This document shows, in pieces, positions 23,179-32,045 of a stretch of 41,112 nt of DNA. Under the pieces are notes generated by a model, which ran no database searches, was not told the DNA's origin, and saw only the letters and a program-made list of their open reading frames with translations. A program made the position numbers and the translations under genes. The stretch covers positions 1 through 41,112 of the forward strand of contig JAYVMH010000257.1 of NCBI GenBank assembly GCA_043759015.1, given 5' to 3'. The DNA comes from Actinomycetota bacterium (GTDB lineage Bacteria; Actinomycetota; Acidimicrobiia; Acidimicrobiales; Ilumatobacteraceae). How positions within the stretch are numbered: position 1 is the first letter of the stretch; each line of letters opens with the position of its first letter.

Positions 23179-24717
23179 ATGCGGAGCTGGTCACGACGAG
23201 AACTGCTGCTGACGGGCGCCGGCGCGTTGGTGCTCGCTGCGTGCAGGAACACGCCGGCTCCGGTCGGCGGTGCTGCCGTCGGCTCTCTTGATCCGTCGGT
23301 CGATCGCCGTGATGCGTTGCGCCGGGCCGCCGGTGCCAGGACGGTGACGGCCACGGTGCGAGCGGAACCGGTCACCACCACGATCGGTGGACGCGAGGTG
23401 GCTACGTGGGCGTTCGGTGAGCGGCCGGGTCAGGGCGGCATCCGGGCCAGCGCCGGCGATCTGCTCGAAGCGACGTTCGTCAACGACCTCACGGCCGCCA
23501 ACACCGTCCACTGGCACGGCATCGCGCTGCGCAACGACATGGACGGCGTCCACGATCTCACCCAGTCGGTGGTCGAGCCTGGGGGCCGGTTCGCGTACCG
23601 GTTCACCGTTCCGGACCCGGGTACGTACTGGTTCCACCCGCACATGGGTCTCGAGCTCGACCGCGGCCTGTACGCGCCGTTGATCGTGGAGGATCGGCGC
23701 GAGCCGCTCGCCTACGACGTGGATGCCACCCTGATGCTCGATGACTGGCTCGACGGGTACGGCCGCACGCAGGACGAGGTGCTCCAGTCGCTCCAGCAGT
23801 ACGGGGGGCACTCCGGGATGATGGGTGGTACCGACGCGTCCACGGGAGGCATGGGCGGCATGTCTGGTCACGGTGGCATGGGGAGCGGGTCGGCGTCGTC
23901 GGGCATGGGCTCCAACATGGGCGGCCTGTCCGGTGATGTCGCCTACCCGCTGCACCTGATCAACGGGCGAGCGCCGATGGAGCGTGACGTGGTGAGGTGC
24001 GCTCCGGGTCAACGCGTGCGTCTGCGCCTCATCAACGCAGGGTCCGACACGGCGTATCGCATCGCGGTGTCCGGCCATCGGCTGACCGTGACCCACGCCG
24101 ACGGGTTCGCAGTGAACCCGGTCGAGGTCGACAACGTCGAGCTGGGCATGGGCGAGCGCTACGACGTGATCGTCACGACCCAGTCGGGCGCGTTCGCCAT
24201 CGTGGCCCGTCCGATCGGGAAGTCCGATCCGGCCGCCGAGGCCCTGCTCGTCACCAGCGACGCGTCGACCGCGCCTGCGGTGGGAACGCTCCCGACCGAG
24301 CTCACCGGCCGCACGCTCGCGTACACCGACCTCACCGCGACCGACGCGGTGCGCCTGCCGACGAAGACTCCGGACCGGACCGAGACGATCACGTTGACGG
24401 CGGGCACGAACGGCTACACCCACGGCATCGACGGCAGGAGCTACCCGAACGCCACGCCGATCACGGTCCGCGAGGGCGAGCGCCTGCGCCTGCAGATCGT
24501 GAACGCCACGATGATGTTCCACCCGATCCACCTGCACGGCCACACGTTCGCGCTCGTGGGCGCGGGCAGCGCCCGCAAGGACACGGTGAACGTGCTGCCG
24601 ATGTCCACGGTGGCCGTCGATGTGCAGGCCGACAACCCGGGCCAGTGGATGCTCCACTGCCACAACACGTACCACTTGGAGACCGGCATGGCGACGGTGC
24701 TCTCGTACCGGGCCTGA
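23179..24717 (+). CDS. multicopper oxidase (CopA/CueO/MmcO-like), Tat signal plus lipobox
   Basis: ATG 23179 follows GGAGGA. The protein starts MRSWSRRELLLTGAGALVLAAC (twin-Arg plus LAAC). Copper ligand motifs are TVHWHGI, WFHPHMG, HPIHLHGH and HCHNTYHLETGM. It also has a Met/Gly/His-rich insert. Confidence 0.92.
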   Translation: MRSWSRRELLLTGAGALVLAACRNTPAPVGGAAVGSLDPSVDRRDALRRAAGARTVTATVRAEPVTTTIGGREVATWAFGERPGQGGIRASAGDLLEATFVNDLTAANTVHWHGIALRNDMDGVHDLTQSVVEPGGRFAYRFTVPDPGTYWFHPHMGLELDRGLYAPLIVEDRREPLAYDVDATLMLDDWLDGYGRTQDEVLQSLQQYGGHSGMMGGTDASTGGMGGMSGHGGMGSGSASSGMGSNMGGLSGDVAYPLHLINGRAPMERDVVRCAPGQRVRLRLINAGSDTAYRIAVSGHRLTVTHADGFAVNPVEVDNVELGMGERYDVIVTTQSGAFAIVARPIGKSDPAAEALLVTSDASTAPAVGTLPTELTGRTLAYTDLTATDAVRLPTKTPDRTETITLTAGTNGYTHGIDGRSYPNATPITVREGERLRLQIVNATMMFHPIHLHGHTFALVGAGSARKDTVNVLPMSTVAVDVQADNPGQWMLHCHNTYHLETGMATVLSYRA

Positions 24718-24767
24718 CCGGGCCCGCTACCGTCGCGGCCATGGTCGATCGCACGGAGGTGAGCTGA

Positions 24768-25466
24768 GTGGCCGTGGTGCTCGTGGTGGACGACGAGCCC
24801 CGCATCCGTGAGCTCGTCCGGCGCTACCTCGAACACGAGGGCCACCAGGTGATCACCGCGGCCAGCGGGGCCGAGGCCCTGGACGTCGCCACCCACACCG
24901 ACGTCGACCTGGTCGTGCTCGACCTGCGTCTCCCCGACGTCCCCGGCGAGGAGGTCGCGCTGGAGTTGCGCCGGCGCTCCGACGTGCCGATCCTGATGCT
25001 CACCGCCAAGATCGACGAACGCGACCGCATCCATGGCCTCGAGGTCGGGGCCGACGACTACGTCACCAAGCCGTTCAGCCCGCGCGAGCTCGTGCTCCGC
25101 ATCGGCGCCATCCTGCGACGCGGCCGCGCCGACGCGCCCACGGCGGACGTACCCGTATCCTACGGGAACGGTTCGTTGAGCATCGACGAGCTCACCCGGC
25201 GCGTGCTGGCCCACGGCCACCCGGTGGAACTGACGCCGACCGAGTGGGGCATCCTCACCACGCTCGCCGCGCAACCGGGCCGGGTGTGCTCGCGCTATGA
25301 GCTCATCAACCGGGTTCGGGGCTACGAGTTCGACGGCTACGAACGCACCGTCGACTCGCATGTGAAGAACCTGCGCCGCAAGATCGAGACCGATCCCGCC
25401 AGTCCGACCCTCGTACAGACCGTGACCGGCATCGGCTACCGGCTCGGAGTCGACCGTGATCGCTGA
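24768..25466 (+). CDS. OmpR/PhoB-family response regulator
   Basis: GTG 24768 follows GGAGG. The receiver is VVLVVDDEPRIRELV...DLVVLDLRLPD...LTAK. The winged-helix output contains TPTEWGILTTLA...VDSHVKNLRRKIE...TVTGIGYRL. Confidence 0.95.
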   Translation: MAVVLVVDDEPRIRELVRRYLEHEGHQVITAASGAEALDVATHTDVDLVVLDLRLPDVPGEEVALELRRRSDVPILMLTAKIDERDRIHGLEVGADDYVTKPFSPRELVLRIGAILRRGRADAPTADVPVSYGNGSLSIDELTRRVLAHGHPVELTPTEWGILTTLAAQPGRVCSRYELINRVRGYEFDGYERTVDSHVKNLRRKIETDPASPTLVQTVTGIGYRLGVDRDR

Positions 25467-26835
25467 CCATCGCCCGATCGTTCGCAGCCCTCTCGCCCTC
25501 CGCCTCGTCGCCGCGTTCGTGGCCGTCGCCGTCGCCGCCGTGTTCGTGCTCGCCGGGCTGACCTTGTGGCGCACCCGGCACACCGTCGGCCGCCTGGCCG
25601 ACGAGCGTCAGCAGGCTACGGCCGACGCCATCGCCCAGACCCTCGCCCTCGGCTACCAGCAGGACGGCGGTTGGGACGGCACCGACCCGCACCCTGCCAT
25701 GATGGTCGCCGTCCAGGCGGGGGCCTCGCTGACCGTGCTCGACGCCCAGGGCAGCCCGCTCCTGCTGCGCAGCCGCATGGGCAACCTGCCGGTGATCGGC
25801 ACCGTGGTCGACGGCGTCGCCCGCCGGGCTCCTGTCGTCGCCGACGGTCGACCGGTCGGCACTGCCGTCGTCACCTTCACCCGGGGAGAGCTCGGGCAGG
25901 CCGAGCGGCACGTGCGGGATGCGCTCTCGGGCGCCGTGTTGATCGGTGCGGTGTCCGCTGCGCTCGTGGCACTCGCGGTCGCAGTCCCGCTGGCCGGCCG
26001 CGTCGTCCGCCCGCTGAGCCGCATGACCACCACCGCGCGGCGGCTCGGCGATGGCGATGCCAGCGCCCGCGTCGACGACCACGACGCGCCAGGCGAGCTC
26101 GGCACGCTGGCCCGCACGTTCGACGAGATGGCCGAGCGCCTGGAGGCCCACGAGACGACCCGCCGCAACGTCGCGGCCGACGTGGCCCACGAGCTCCGCA
26201 CACCGCTCACCTTGTTGCAGGGCAGCTGCGAGGAGGTCATCGACGGCATCGCCGCGCCCGACCTCGATCGGTTCGTGCAGCTCCACGACGACATCCTGCG
26301 ACTCCGCCGACTCGTCGACGATCTCGGAACGCTCGCCGACGCCGACGCCGCCGCCACAGAACCCCGGCTGCACCACGTCCGCTGCGACCTCGCCGCCGTC
26401 GCGGCGCAGGTCGCCGATTCGCTCGCGCCGCTCCTCGACGCGCACCAGCACACGCTGAACCGCCACCTCGAGTCGGTCGAGGTGCGCGGCGACCCCGCTC
26501 GACTGGCGCAGGTCGTCGCCAACCTGCTCACGAACGCCATCAAGTTCACCCCAGCCGGCGGCCGCATCGACCTCGACGTGCGACCCGTGACCGACGGCAC
26601 GAGAGCGCTCCTCACGGCGCGCGACAACGGACCCGGCATCGACCCCGCAGATCGCCCGCACGTCTTCGAGCGCTTCTACCGCGCCGGACCCACCCGCCAC
26701 ATCGCGGGCAGCGGCATCGGGCTCGCCGTCGTTCACCAGCTCGTCACCGCCCACGGCGGCACCATCACCATCGACGACGCGGCACCGGGCGCCACCTTCG
26801 TCGTGACCCTCCCCACGAACCCGCTCGGTGGATGA
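25456..26835 (+). CDS. sensor histidine kinase (two TM, HAMP, HisKA, HATPase_c)
   Basis: It overlaps the RR stop by 11 nt. The H-box is VAADVAHELRTPLT, the N-box LLTNAIKFTP, and the G-boxes are DNGPGI and GSGIGLAVV. Confidence 0.93.
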   Translation: MIADHRPIVRSPLALRLVAAFVAVAVAAVFVLAGLTLWRTRHTVGRLADERQQATADAIAQTLALGYQQDGGWDGTDPHPAMMVAVQAGASLTVLDAQGSPLLLRSRMGNLPVIGTVVDGVARRAPVVADGRPVGTAVVTFTRGELGQAERHVRDALSGAVLIGAVSAALVALAVAVPLAGRVVRPLSRMTTTARRLGDGDASARVDDHDAPGELGTLARTFDEMAERLEAHETTRRNVAADVAHELRTPLTLLQGSCEEVIDGIAAPDLDRFVQLHDDILRLRRLVDDLGTLADADAAATEPRLHHVRCDLAAVAAQVADSLAPLLDAHQHTLNRHLESVEVRGDPARLAQVVANLLTNAIKFTPAGGRIDLDVRPVTDGTRALLTARDNGPGIDPADRPHVFERFYRAGPTRHIAGSGIGLAVVHQLVTAHGGTITIDDAAPGATFVVTLPTNPLGG

Positions 26836-26908
26836 TGCTCGACGTGGACACCACCGCTTCTTGCGCATGGTCGGCGCACGAACGCGACACAATGGTAACG
26901 TTGTCGAC

Positions 26909-27301
26909 ATGTCCACCCGGCTCCGGCGCGTGCTCTGCGTCGCCATGGCGGCCGCCGTGGTCGGGCTGGTGCTGGTCTGCGTGTCGCTCGTTCACCATGA
27001 GGGTGGCAGTGTCGCAGTGGCCCACGGGAGCTCGACCAGCGCGACGGTGAGCCGACCGGGTTCGACCGTGCCCGAACCGGCAAGCGGCGACCAGTGCTCG
27101 ATGTCCGAGCTCGTCGCCTGCGTGCGGGTTTCGGCGAGTCCGTTCGTCGGTCTGGTGCTGCTGGCGTTGGTCGCGGTCGCGCTCGTGACGGTCGGGCGGG
27201 TCCGCACGGTGCGCCGCACCTGGCGAGGGGCTTGGGGCCTCGCCCCGCCAACGCTGTCGGTTGCACCGGCCCTCACCGCGCTCTGCATCTCGAGGACGTA
27301 G
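26909..27301 (+). CDS. small two-TM membrane protein with HH and Cys motifs and a conserved C-terminal tail (paralogue of 15808-16227)
   Basis: MSTRLRRVLCVAMAAAVVGLVLVCVSLVHHEGGS...SGDQCSMSELVACV...second TM...RVRTVRRTWRGAWGLAPPTLSVAPALTALCISRT. A TAACGT hexamer ends 8 nt before the ATG. Confidence 0.65.
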   Translation: MSTRLRRVLCVAMAAAVVGLVLVCVSLVHHEGGSVAVAHGSSTSATVSRPGSTVPEPASGDQCSMSELVACVRVSASPFVGLVLLALVAVALVTVGRVRTVRRTWRGAWGLAPPTLSVAPALTALCISRT

Positions 27302-27359
27302 ATCCACCGCCGGTTCCCGGTTGGTGTCGTCGATCTCGTCTCGAGTCAGGAGTCTTGGT

Positions 27360-27956
27360 GTGTCGAATCGTTGGATGACGGTTGCGCGCGTCGCCGCCGG
27401 GTTGCTTGTCGCCAACGCGGTGAGTGCGTGTGGGCAGCGCGGTCGCTCGAGCGCAGCGCCTTCGAGCACCACGGCGGCAGCGGGTTCGTCGCTCACTACG
27501 CCGGACCCGATGGCAGGGATGAAGCTCGCGGCGGACGGCACGTGGTCTGTCGATGTCGACTTCTCTACCCCAGGACGCTGGCACCTGATCGCCGACGTCA
27601 CGCCGATGGTTCCTGGAGGCGCATCTGCCCGCGTCGCGCTCGGGGTCGACGTCGACGGCTACGACGTCACTCTGGACGGATCGCGGAGTGCAACCGCCGC
27701 GCAAACGCTGACCTTCACGGTCAGCCATGCTGGTCAGCCGGCGACTGGCATCACCGGGTACCTCGGTGCAGGTGGTCACCTCGTCGCGCTCCAAGAGCAG
27801 ACCCTTGGCTTCACCTACCTCCACCCCGAGGATGGTCCTAGGCCCGAGCCGTCGTTCACCGCCCGAGCCCCGCAGGCCGGGCGACATCGACTCTTCCTGC
27901 AGTTCGCAACGGGCGAGACGGTGCACACCGCCGCGTTCACGGTCGACGTCGCATGA
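27360..27956 (+). CDS. secreted lipoprotein of unknown function
   Basis: GTG 27360 lies 7 nt after AGGAG (alternative ATG 27375). The signal plus lipobox is RWMTVARVAAGLLVANAVSAC. The mature part contains GRWHLIADVTPM and GAGGHLVALQEQTLGFTYLHPEDG...RHRLFLQFATGETVHTAAFTV. Confidence 0.7.
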   Translation: MSNRWMTVARVAAGLLVANAVSACGQRGRSSAAPSSTTAAAGSSLTTPDPMAGMKLAADGTWSVDVDFSTPGRWHLIADVTPMVPGGASARVALGVDVDGYDVTLDGSRSATAAQTLTFTVSHAGQPATGITGYLGAGGHLVALQEQTLGFTYLHPEDGPRPEPSFTARAPQAGRHRLFLQFATGETVHTAAFTVDVA

Positions 27957-29146
27957 GGCGCCGACTCTGCATCGCTCTCGTGCTGCTCGGTGTCATCGCT
28001 AACCGAGGTCTTCCCGCGGTCGCCGATCCTGTCAGCGACAAGCAGGCCGAGGCGAAGCGCATCGCAACGGAGCGTGAGCGGCTGACCGTGCAGGCGGAGC
28101 AACTCAACGAGCGCTCGAAGCGCGCCAGCGATGAGCTCGCCGTGTTGGAGCAGCAGCTCGCCGCGAGCACCCAGACCCTTGACAGCCAACGGACGTCGGT
28201 TGGTGCCTTGCGGCTGCGCCTGGCCACGCTCGCGGTCAATTCGTACATCCGTGGGGACGACACCGGCGTTCTGTCAGCAATGGTTGCCGCCGACGGCCCC
28301 AACGAAGCCGGTCTCCGTCGGGGCTACGCACCAGTCGTCCTGGGGGACCAGACCGATGTACTCGACCAGCTCCGGGCGGCGCAGCAGGACATCGATCGAG
28401 CCACCGGCGAGCTCGAGGCGCGACGTGATCGCCAACGGCAGTTGGTTGCTTCGATCGCTGCAGACCGCGCTGAGATCGAACGCACCCAGACCAAGCTCGC
28501 CACCCTCGCTGCCTCCGTCGGTCGCGACCTCGCCGCCGCGGTGGCTGCCGAACAGGCTCGTCAAGCGGCCGTGGCCGAAGCGGCCGCAGCCGCCCGTCAG
28601 CGCGCCGAGCAGGCCAAGAAGGCTGCCGAGCTCGCGGCTCGCCAGCGCGCCGAGCAGGCAAAGCGCGCCGAGTCCAGCGCTCGCGCCGCGGCCGCGAGTC
28701 GTGTCGCCCCGACTGAGGCTCCCAGCCCGGGCCGTAACCGACCCAACGGCGCGACGAGCCCCCAGGCCATCGAGAGCCTCCCGATCCCTCCCACCTCACC
28801 CGCGGCGTCCGTGGCAGTGGGCGAGGCTCTGCGTCAGCTCGGGAAGCGGTACGTGTTTGGAACGAACGGGCCGGACACGTTCGACTGCTCCGGGCTGACC
28901 CAGTGGGCGTGGGATCGCGCCGGTGTACGCATGGCGCACTACACAGTGTCGCAGTTCAACGCGTTTCCCCACGTGTCGCTCGATCAGCTACAGCCCGGCG
29001 ACCTCGTCTTCTTCAATGTTGATCTTGGCCACATGGGCATGTACATCGGCAACGGCAACATCGTGCAGGCGCCCCGTACCGGCGACGTCGTCAAGATCAG
29101 TCCGCTCAACGGCCGCAACGTCGTGGGCGCGGTTCGACCAGGATGA
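27953..29146 (+). CDS. NlpC/P60 (C40) cell-wall peptidase with N-terminal coiled-coil (RipA-like architecture)
   Basis: The ATG overlaps the upstream stop (ATGA). The protein has a signal peptide and a long Ala/Glu/Gln/Arg coiled-coil region. The C-terminal catalytic module is GKRYVFGTNGPDTFDCSGLTQWAW...GHMGMYIGNGNIVQAP. Confidence 0.9.
   Translation: MRRRLCIALVLLGVIANRGLPAVADPVSDKQAEAKRIATERERLTVQAEQLNERSKRASDELAVLEQQLAASTQTLDSQRTSVGALRLRLATLAVNSYIRGDDTGVLSAMVAADGPNEAGLRRGYAPVVLGDQTDVLDQLRAAQQDIDRATGELEARRDRQRQLVASIAADRAEIERTQTKLATLAASVGRDLAAAVAAEQARQAAVAEAAAAARQRAEQAKKAAELAARQRAEQAKRAESSARAAAASRVAPTEAPSPGRNRPNGATSPQAIESLPIPPTSPAASVAVGEALRQLGKRYVFGTNGPDTFDCSGLTQWAWDRAGVRMAHYTVSQFNAFPHVSLDQLQPGDLVFFNVDLGHMGMYIGNGNIVQAPRTGDVVKISPLNGRNVVGAVRPG
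28595..28663 (+). repeat. 45-nt-phased direct repeat inside the coiled-coil coding region
   Basis: cgtcagcgcgccgagcaggccaag (28595-28618) matches cgccagcgcgccgagcaggcaaag (28640-28663) at 22/24 positions. Both copies encode RQRAEQAK. Confidence 0.8.
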
Positions 29147-29376
29147 GTGACGGCGGACACCGCAAAGGTGGTGTCTCGCTGGGTCCTTCTTGCGTGAGAT
29201 TCGTCCGATCTGGGCGCATCAAGGGTCCTTGGGCGGTCGACGCAGCAGACGGCGTGCGCCACGCTGTGAAGCGTGACCCCACCGGACCAGAGCCTCGACG
29301 GCAAAGGCGCCGCACCTCAGCGGTGGGTTCGTCGGACTCGTGGCGGCCGGGGCATTGCGTAAGGGCCGTCCGACCC

Positions 29377-29404
29377 TTGCGTCTGATACCCCCGAGGGTA
29401 TAGT
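29377..29404 (+). promoter_or_regulatory. promoter (TTGCGT-16 nt-TATAGT) overlapped by a CsoR/CstR-type GC-core palindrome
   Basis: ATACCC-CCGA-GGGTAT lies at 29386-29401 and overlaps the -10-like TATAGT (29399-29404). It is about 35 nt upstream of GTG 29435. Confidence 0.55.
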
Positions 29405-29434
29405 GGTGAAAGATTCGGACGAGGGAGTGAGCCC

Positions 29435-30823
29435 GTGTTCTTCCGTCAGTACTACCTGGGTTGCCTGTCACACGCGAGCTACCTGATCGGTGACACCGTC
29501 ACCGGTGAGGCCGTGGTGGTGGACCCTCAGCGCGATGTGGCCGAGTACCTGGCCGACGCCGAGGCGCACGGTTTGCGGATCGTCAAGGTGCTCGAGACGC
29601 ACTTCCACGCCGACTTCCTGTCGGGACATCTGGAGCTGGCCGCTCGCACCGGAGCGACGATCGGTTACGGCCGCGCCGCGCAGGGTCGGGCCGAGTTCCC
29701 GATCGAGACGTTCGCCGACGGCGACGTGATCCGCCTCGGCGCGATCGAGCTGGAGGTGCGCGAGACGCCCGGGCACACCCCGGAGTCGATCAGCATCGTG
29801 ATCTGGCCGGACGGCGAGCGCGGCGAGCCCTACGGCGTGCTCACGGGCGACACGCTGTTCATCGGCGACGTCGGCCGTCCCGACCTGCTGGCGTCGTTCG
29901 GCGTCACCGCCGACGAGCTCGCCCGGCAGCTGTACCACTCGCTGCAGGAGCGCTTGCTGACGTTGCCCGATGCGACCCGGGTGCTCCCTGCGCACGGCGC
30001 GGGCAGTGCGTGCGGCAAGAACCTGTCGACCGAGACGGTGTCGACCATCGGGGAGCAGCGGCGCACCAACTACGCCTTGGCCCCGATGACCGAGGAGCAG
30101 TTCGTCGCCGCCGTCACCGACGGGCAGACCGCCGCGCCGCTGTACTTCCCGTTCGTCGCGGTGAGGAACCGCCAGGAGCGCCCGCTGTTCGACGAGGACG
30201 TTCGTGTGGCTCCGCTGTCGGTCGAGCAGGTGCTTCAGCACCAGCACGAGGGGGCGGTGGTGCTCGACGCCCGCGACGACACTGCCTTCGCCGCCGGGCA
30301 CCTGCGGGGATCCATCAACGTCGGGCTGGGCGGTCGCTTCGCCGAGTACGCGGGCGAGGTCATGCGGCCTGGGACTCCGATCGTGCTCGTGACCGCCCCC
30401 GGCCACGAGCCCGAGGCCACGGTCCGGCTGGCGCGCATCGGCTTCGACGACGTGCTCGGTGCGCTCGTCGAGCCGGAGGCTGCGTTCATGGCCCGTCCCG
30501 AACTCGTCGAACCGCTCTCGCGGCTGTCCGCCCGCAGCCTGGCCGACCGTATGGCCGCGGTGCCGAACCTGGTCGTGATCGACGTGCGCAATGCGGGCGA
30601 GCTCGCTACGGGCGTGATCCCCGGCGCGCGGCACATCGCCCTGCCCGCCCTGCTCGGGCGCATCGACGAGCTCGATCGCATGGCGCCTACGGTCGTGCAT
30701 TGCGCAGGTGGGTATCGGTCGGCCATCGCAGCCAGCCTCCTTCGGGCCCACGGCTTCGTCGACATCTCCGACCTGCTCGGCGGCTACACGGCCTGGGCGA
30801 CCACGACAACCGCGGCGGCATGA
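29435..30823 (+). CDS. MBL-fold hydrolase fused to two rhodanese domains (CstB/persulfide dioxygenase-sulfurtransferase type)
   Basis: GTG 29435 follows GAGGGAG. The protein starts MFFRQYYLGCLSHASYLIGD and has the metal motif LETHFHADFLSGH. Two rhodanese modules follow, the last with the catalytic loop VVHCAGGYRSAIAAS. Confidence 0.92.
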   Translation: MFFRQYYLGCLSHASYLIGDTVTGEAVVVDPQRDVAEYLADAEAHGLRIVKVLETHFHADFLSGHLELAARTGATIGYGRAAQGRAEFPIETFADGDVIRLGAIELEVRETPGHTPESISIVIWPDGERGEPYGVLTGDTLFIGDVGRPDLLASFGVTADELARQLYHSLQERLLTLPDATRVLPAHGAGSACGKNLSTETVSTIGEQRRTNYALAPMTEEQFVAAVTDGQTAAPLYFPFVAVRNRQERPLFDEDVRVAPLSVEQVLQHQHEGAVVLDARDDTAFAAGHLRGSINVGLGGRFAEYAGEVMRPGTPIVLVTAPGHEPEATVRLARIGFDDVLGALVEPEAAFMARPELVEPLSRLSARSLADRMAAVPNLVVIDVRNAGELATGVIPGARHIALPALLGRIDELDRMAPTVVHCAGGYRSAIAASLLRAHGFVDISDLLGGYTAWATTTTAAA

Positions 30824-30886
30824 GCACCGTGGAACTGCCCCTCGTGAACCACCACGGCCACCTCGACCTGGTCCGCTGAGACGACG

Positions 30887-31711
30887 ATGCGTGCCCTGCT
30901 GTCCTCCCCCCTCGGCTTCCTGATCGGCGTGTCCCTCGGCGCGCTCGGCGGTGGCGGCTCCATCCTCGCGGTGCCGGCGCTCGTGTACGCGGCCGGGCAG
31001 ACACCGAAGCACGCCACCACCACGTCGCTGCTCCTGGTCGCCATCACCGCCCTCATCGGCATCGTGCCCCACCTGCGGGCCGGACGCGTCCGGGTCGTGG
31101 CCGGCACGGTGTTCGGACTGGCGGGGGTCGGCGGTTCGCTGCTCGGTTCGCACTGGAACAAGGCCGCCGACCCCAACGTGCTGCTCCTCGCGTTCTCCGG
31201 ACTCATGCTGGTCGCCGCCTACGCCATGGGGCGCCGAACCCGCCGGCCGGCCGCGGTGCCCCGCACGGCGCGTTCGGTGGGCGCCGCCGCCGTACCGATC
31301 CCTGCCGGGGTCGCCCCGACCCGCGTGCAGCTCGACCCCCTGACTTCGGTCAAGGTCGTCGTGGCCGGCACCCTCGTCGGGCTCCTCACCGGGTTCTTCG
31401 GCGTCGGCGGCGGCTTCGTGATCGTGCCCGCTCTCGTGCTCGCCCTCGGGTTCACCATGCCCGAAGCCGTCGGCACCAGCCTGCTGGTCATCACCGTCAA
31501 CTCCGCCGTCGCCATGGCCACCCGGCTCCAGGGGGGCGCCATCGAGTGGGGGACCGTCGTCCCGTTCACGGTCGCCAGCCTCATCGGTGTGGTCGTCGGC
31601 AGCCGCCTCGCCAGCACTCGAGACTCCGGATCGCTGCAGCGCTGGTTCGTGGGGCTCCTCGTGCTCGTCGCCGTCTACACCGCTGGCCGATCAGGTCTCG
31701 CCCTGCGCTGA
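30887..31711 (+). CDS. TauE/SafE-family sulfite/anion exporter
   Basis: 274 aa with about 8 TM segments. The two-fold repeat carries [17 protein letters not shown] and [17 protein letters not shown]. Confidence 0.92.
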   Translation: MRALLSSPLGFLIGVSLGALGGGGSILAVPALVYAAGQTPKHATTTSLLLVAITALIGIVPHLRAGRVRVVAGTVFGLAGVGGSLLGSHWNKAADPNVLLLAFSGLMLVAAYAMGRRTRRPAAVPRTARSVGAAAVPIPAGVAPTRVQLDPLTSVKVVVAGTLVGLLTGFFGVGGGFVIVPALVLALGFTMPEAVGTSLLVITVNSAVAMATRLQGGAIEWGTVVPFTVASLIGVVVGSRLASTRDSGSLQRWFVGLLVLVAVYTAGRSGLALR

Positions 31712-31766
31712 TCGGGCGCACCGTCTGGCGGCGACCACCTCGCCGTCTGCAACAAGGAGAACCGAC

Positions 31767-31988
31767 ATGTCGTTCGCTCGATTCATGGCCACCACCGCCG
31801 GCCGCGCTCTGCGCGTCATCGCCGGTCTCGCGCTGATCGTCATCGGTCTCGCCATCGGCGGCACCGGTGGTGTCATCCTGGCCATCGTCGGCCTGGTACC
31901 GCTCGTCGCAGGGGTCCTCAACGTGTGCTTCATCGCCCCGTTGCTCAAGGTCCCTTTCAGCGGGAAGGCCGTACCGGGCACCCGATGA
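31767..31988 (+). CDS. DUF2892 (YgaP-C-terminal-like) small membrane protein
   Basis: ATG follows AAGGAGA. It encodes MSFARFMATTAGRALRVIAGLALIVIGLAIGGTGGVILAIVGLVPLVAGVLNVCFIAPLL. Confidence 0.85.
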   Translation: MSFARFMATTAGRALRVIAGLALIVIGLAIGGTGGVILAIVGLVPLVAGVLNVCFIAPLLKVPFSGKAVPGTR

Positions 31989-32045
31989 GCGGTGTCCGGC
32001 TGTGACCGGGGAGTCATGGCGGTGGTCAAACGGGTCGGAGGTCGG

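Noticed and set aside
29147-29385. A search for a CsoR/CstR or other small regulator gene in the 240-nt gap upstream of the CsoR-type operator.
   Set aside because: All six frames were translated by eye. None shows the RLxRIxGQ / C...H...C pattern or any convincing ORF with a start and SD. The gap is left as non-coding.
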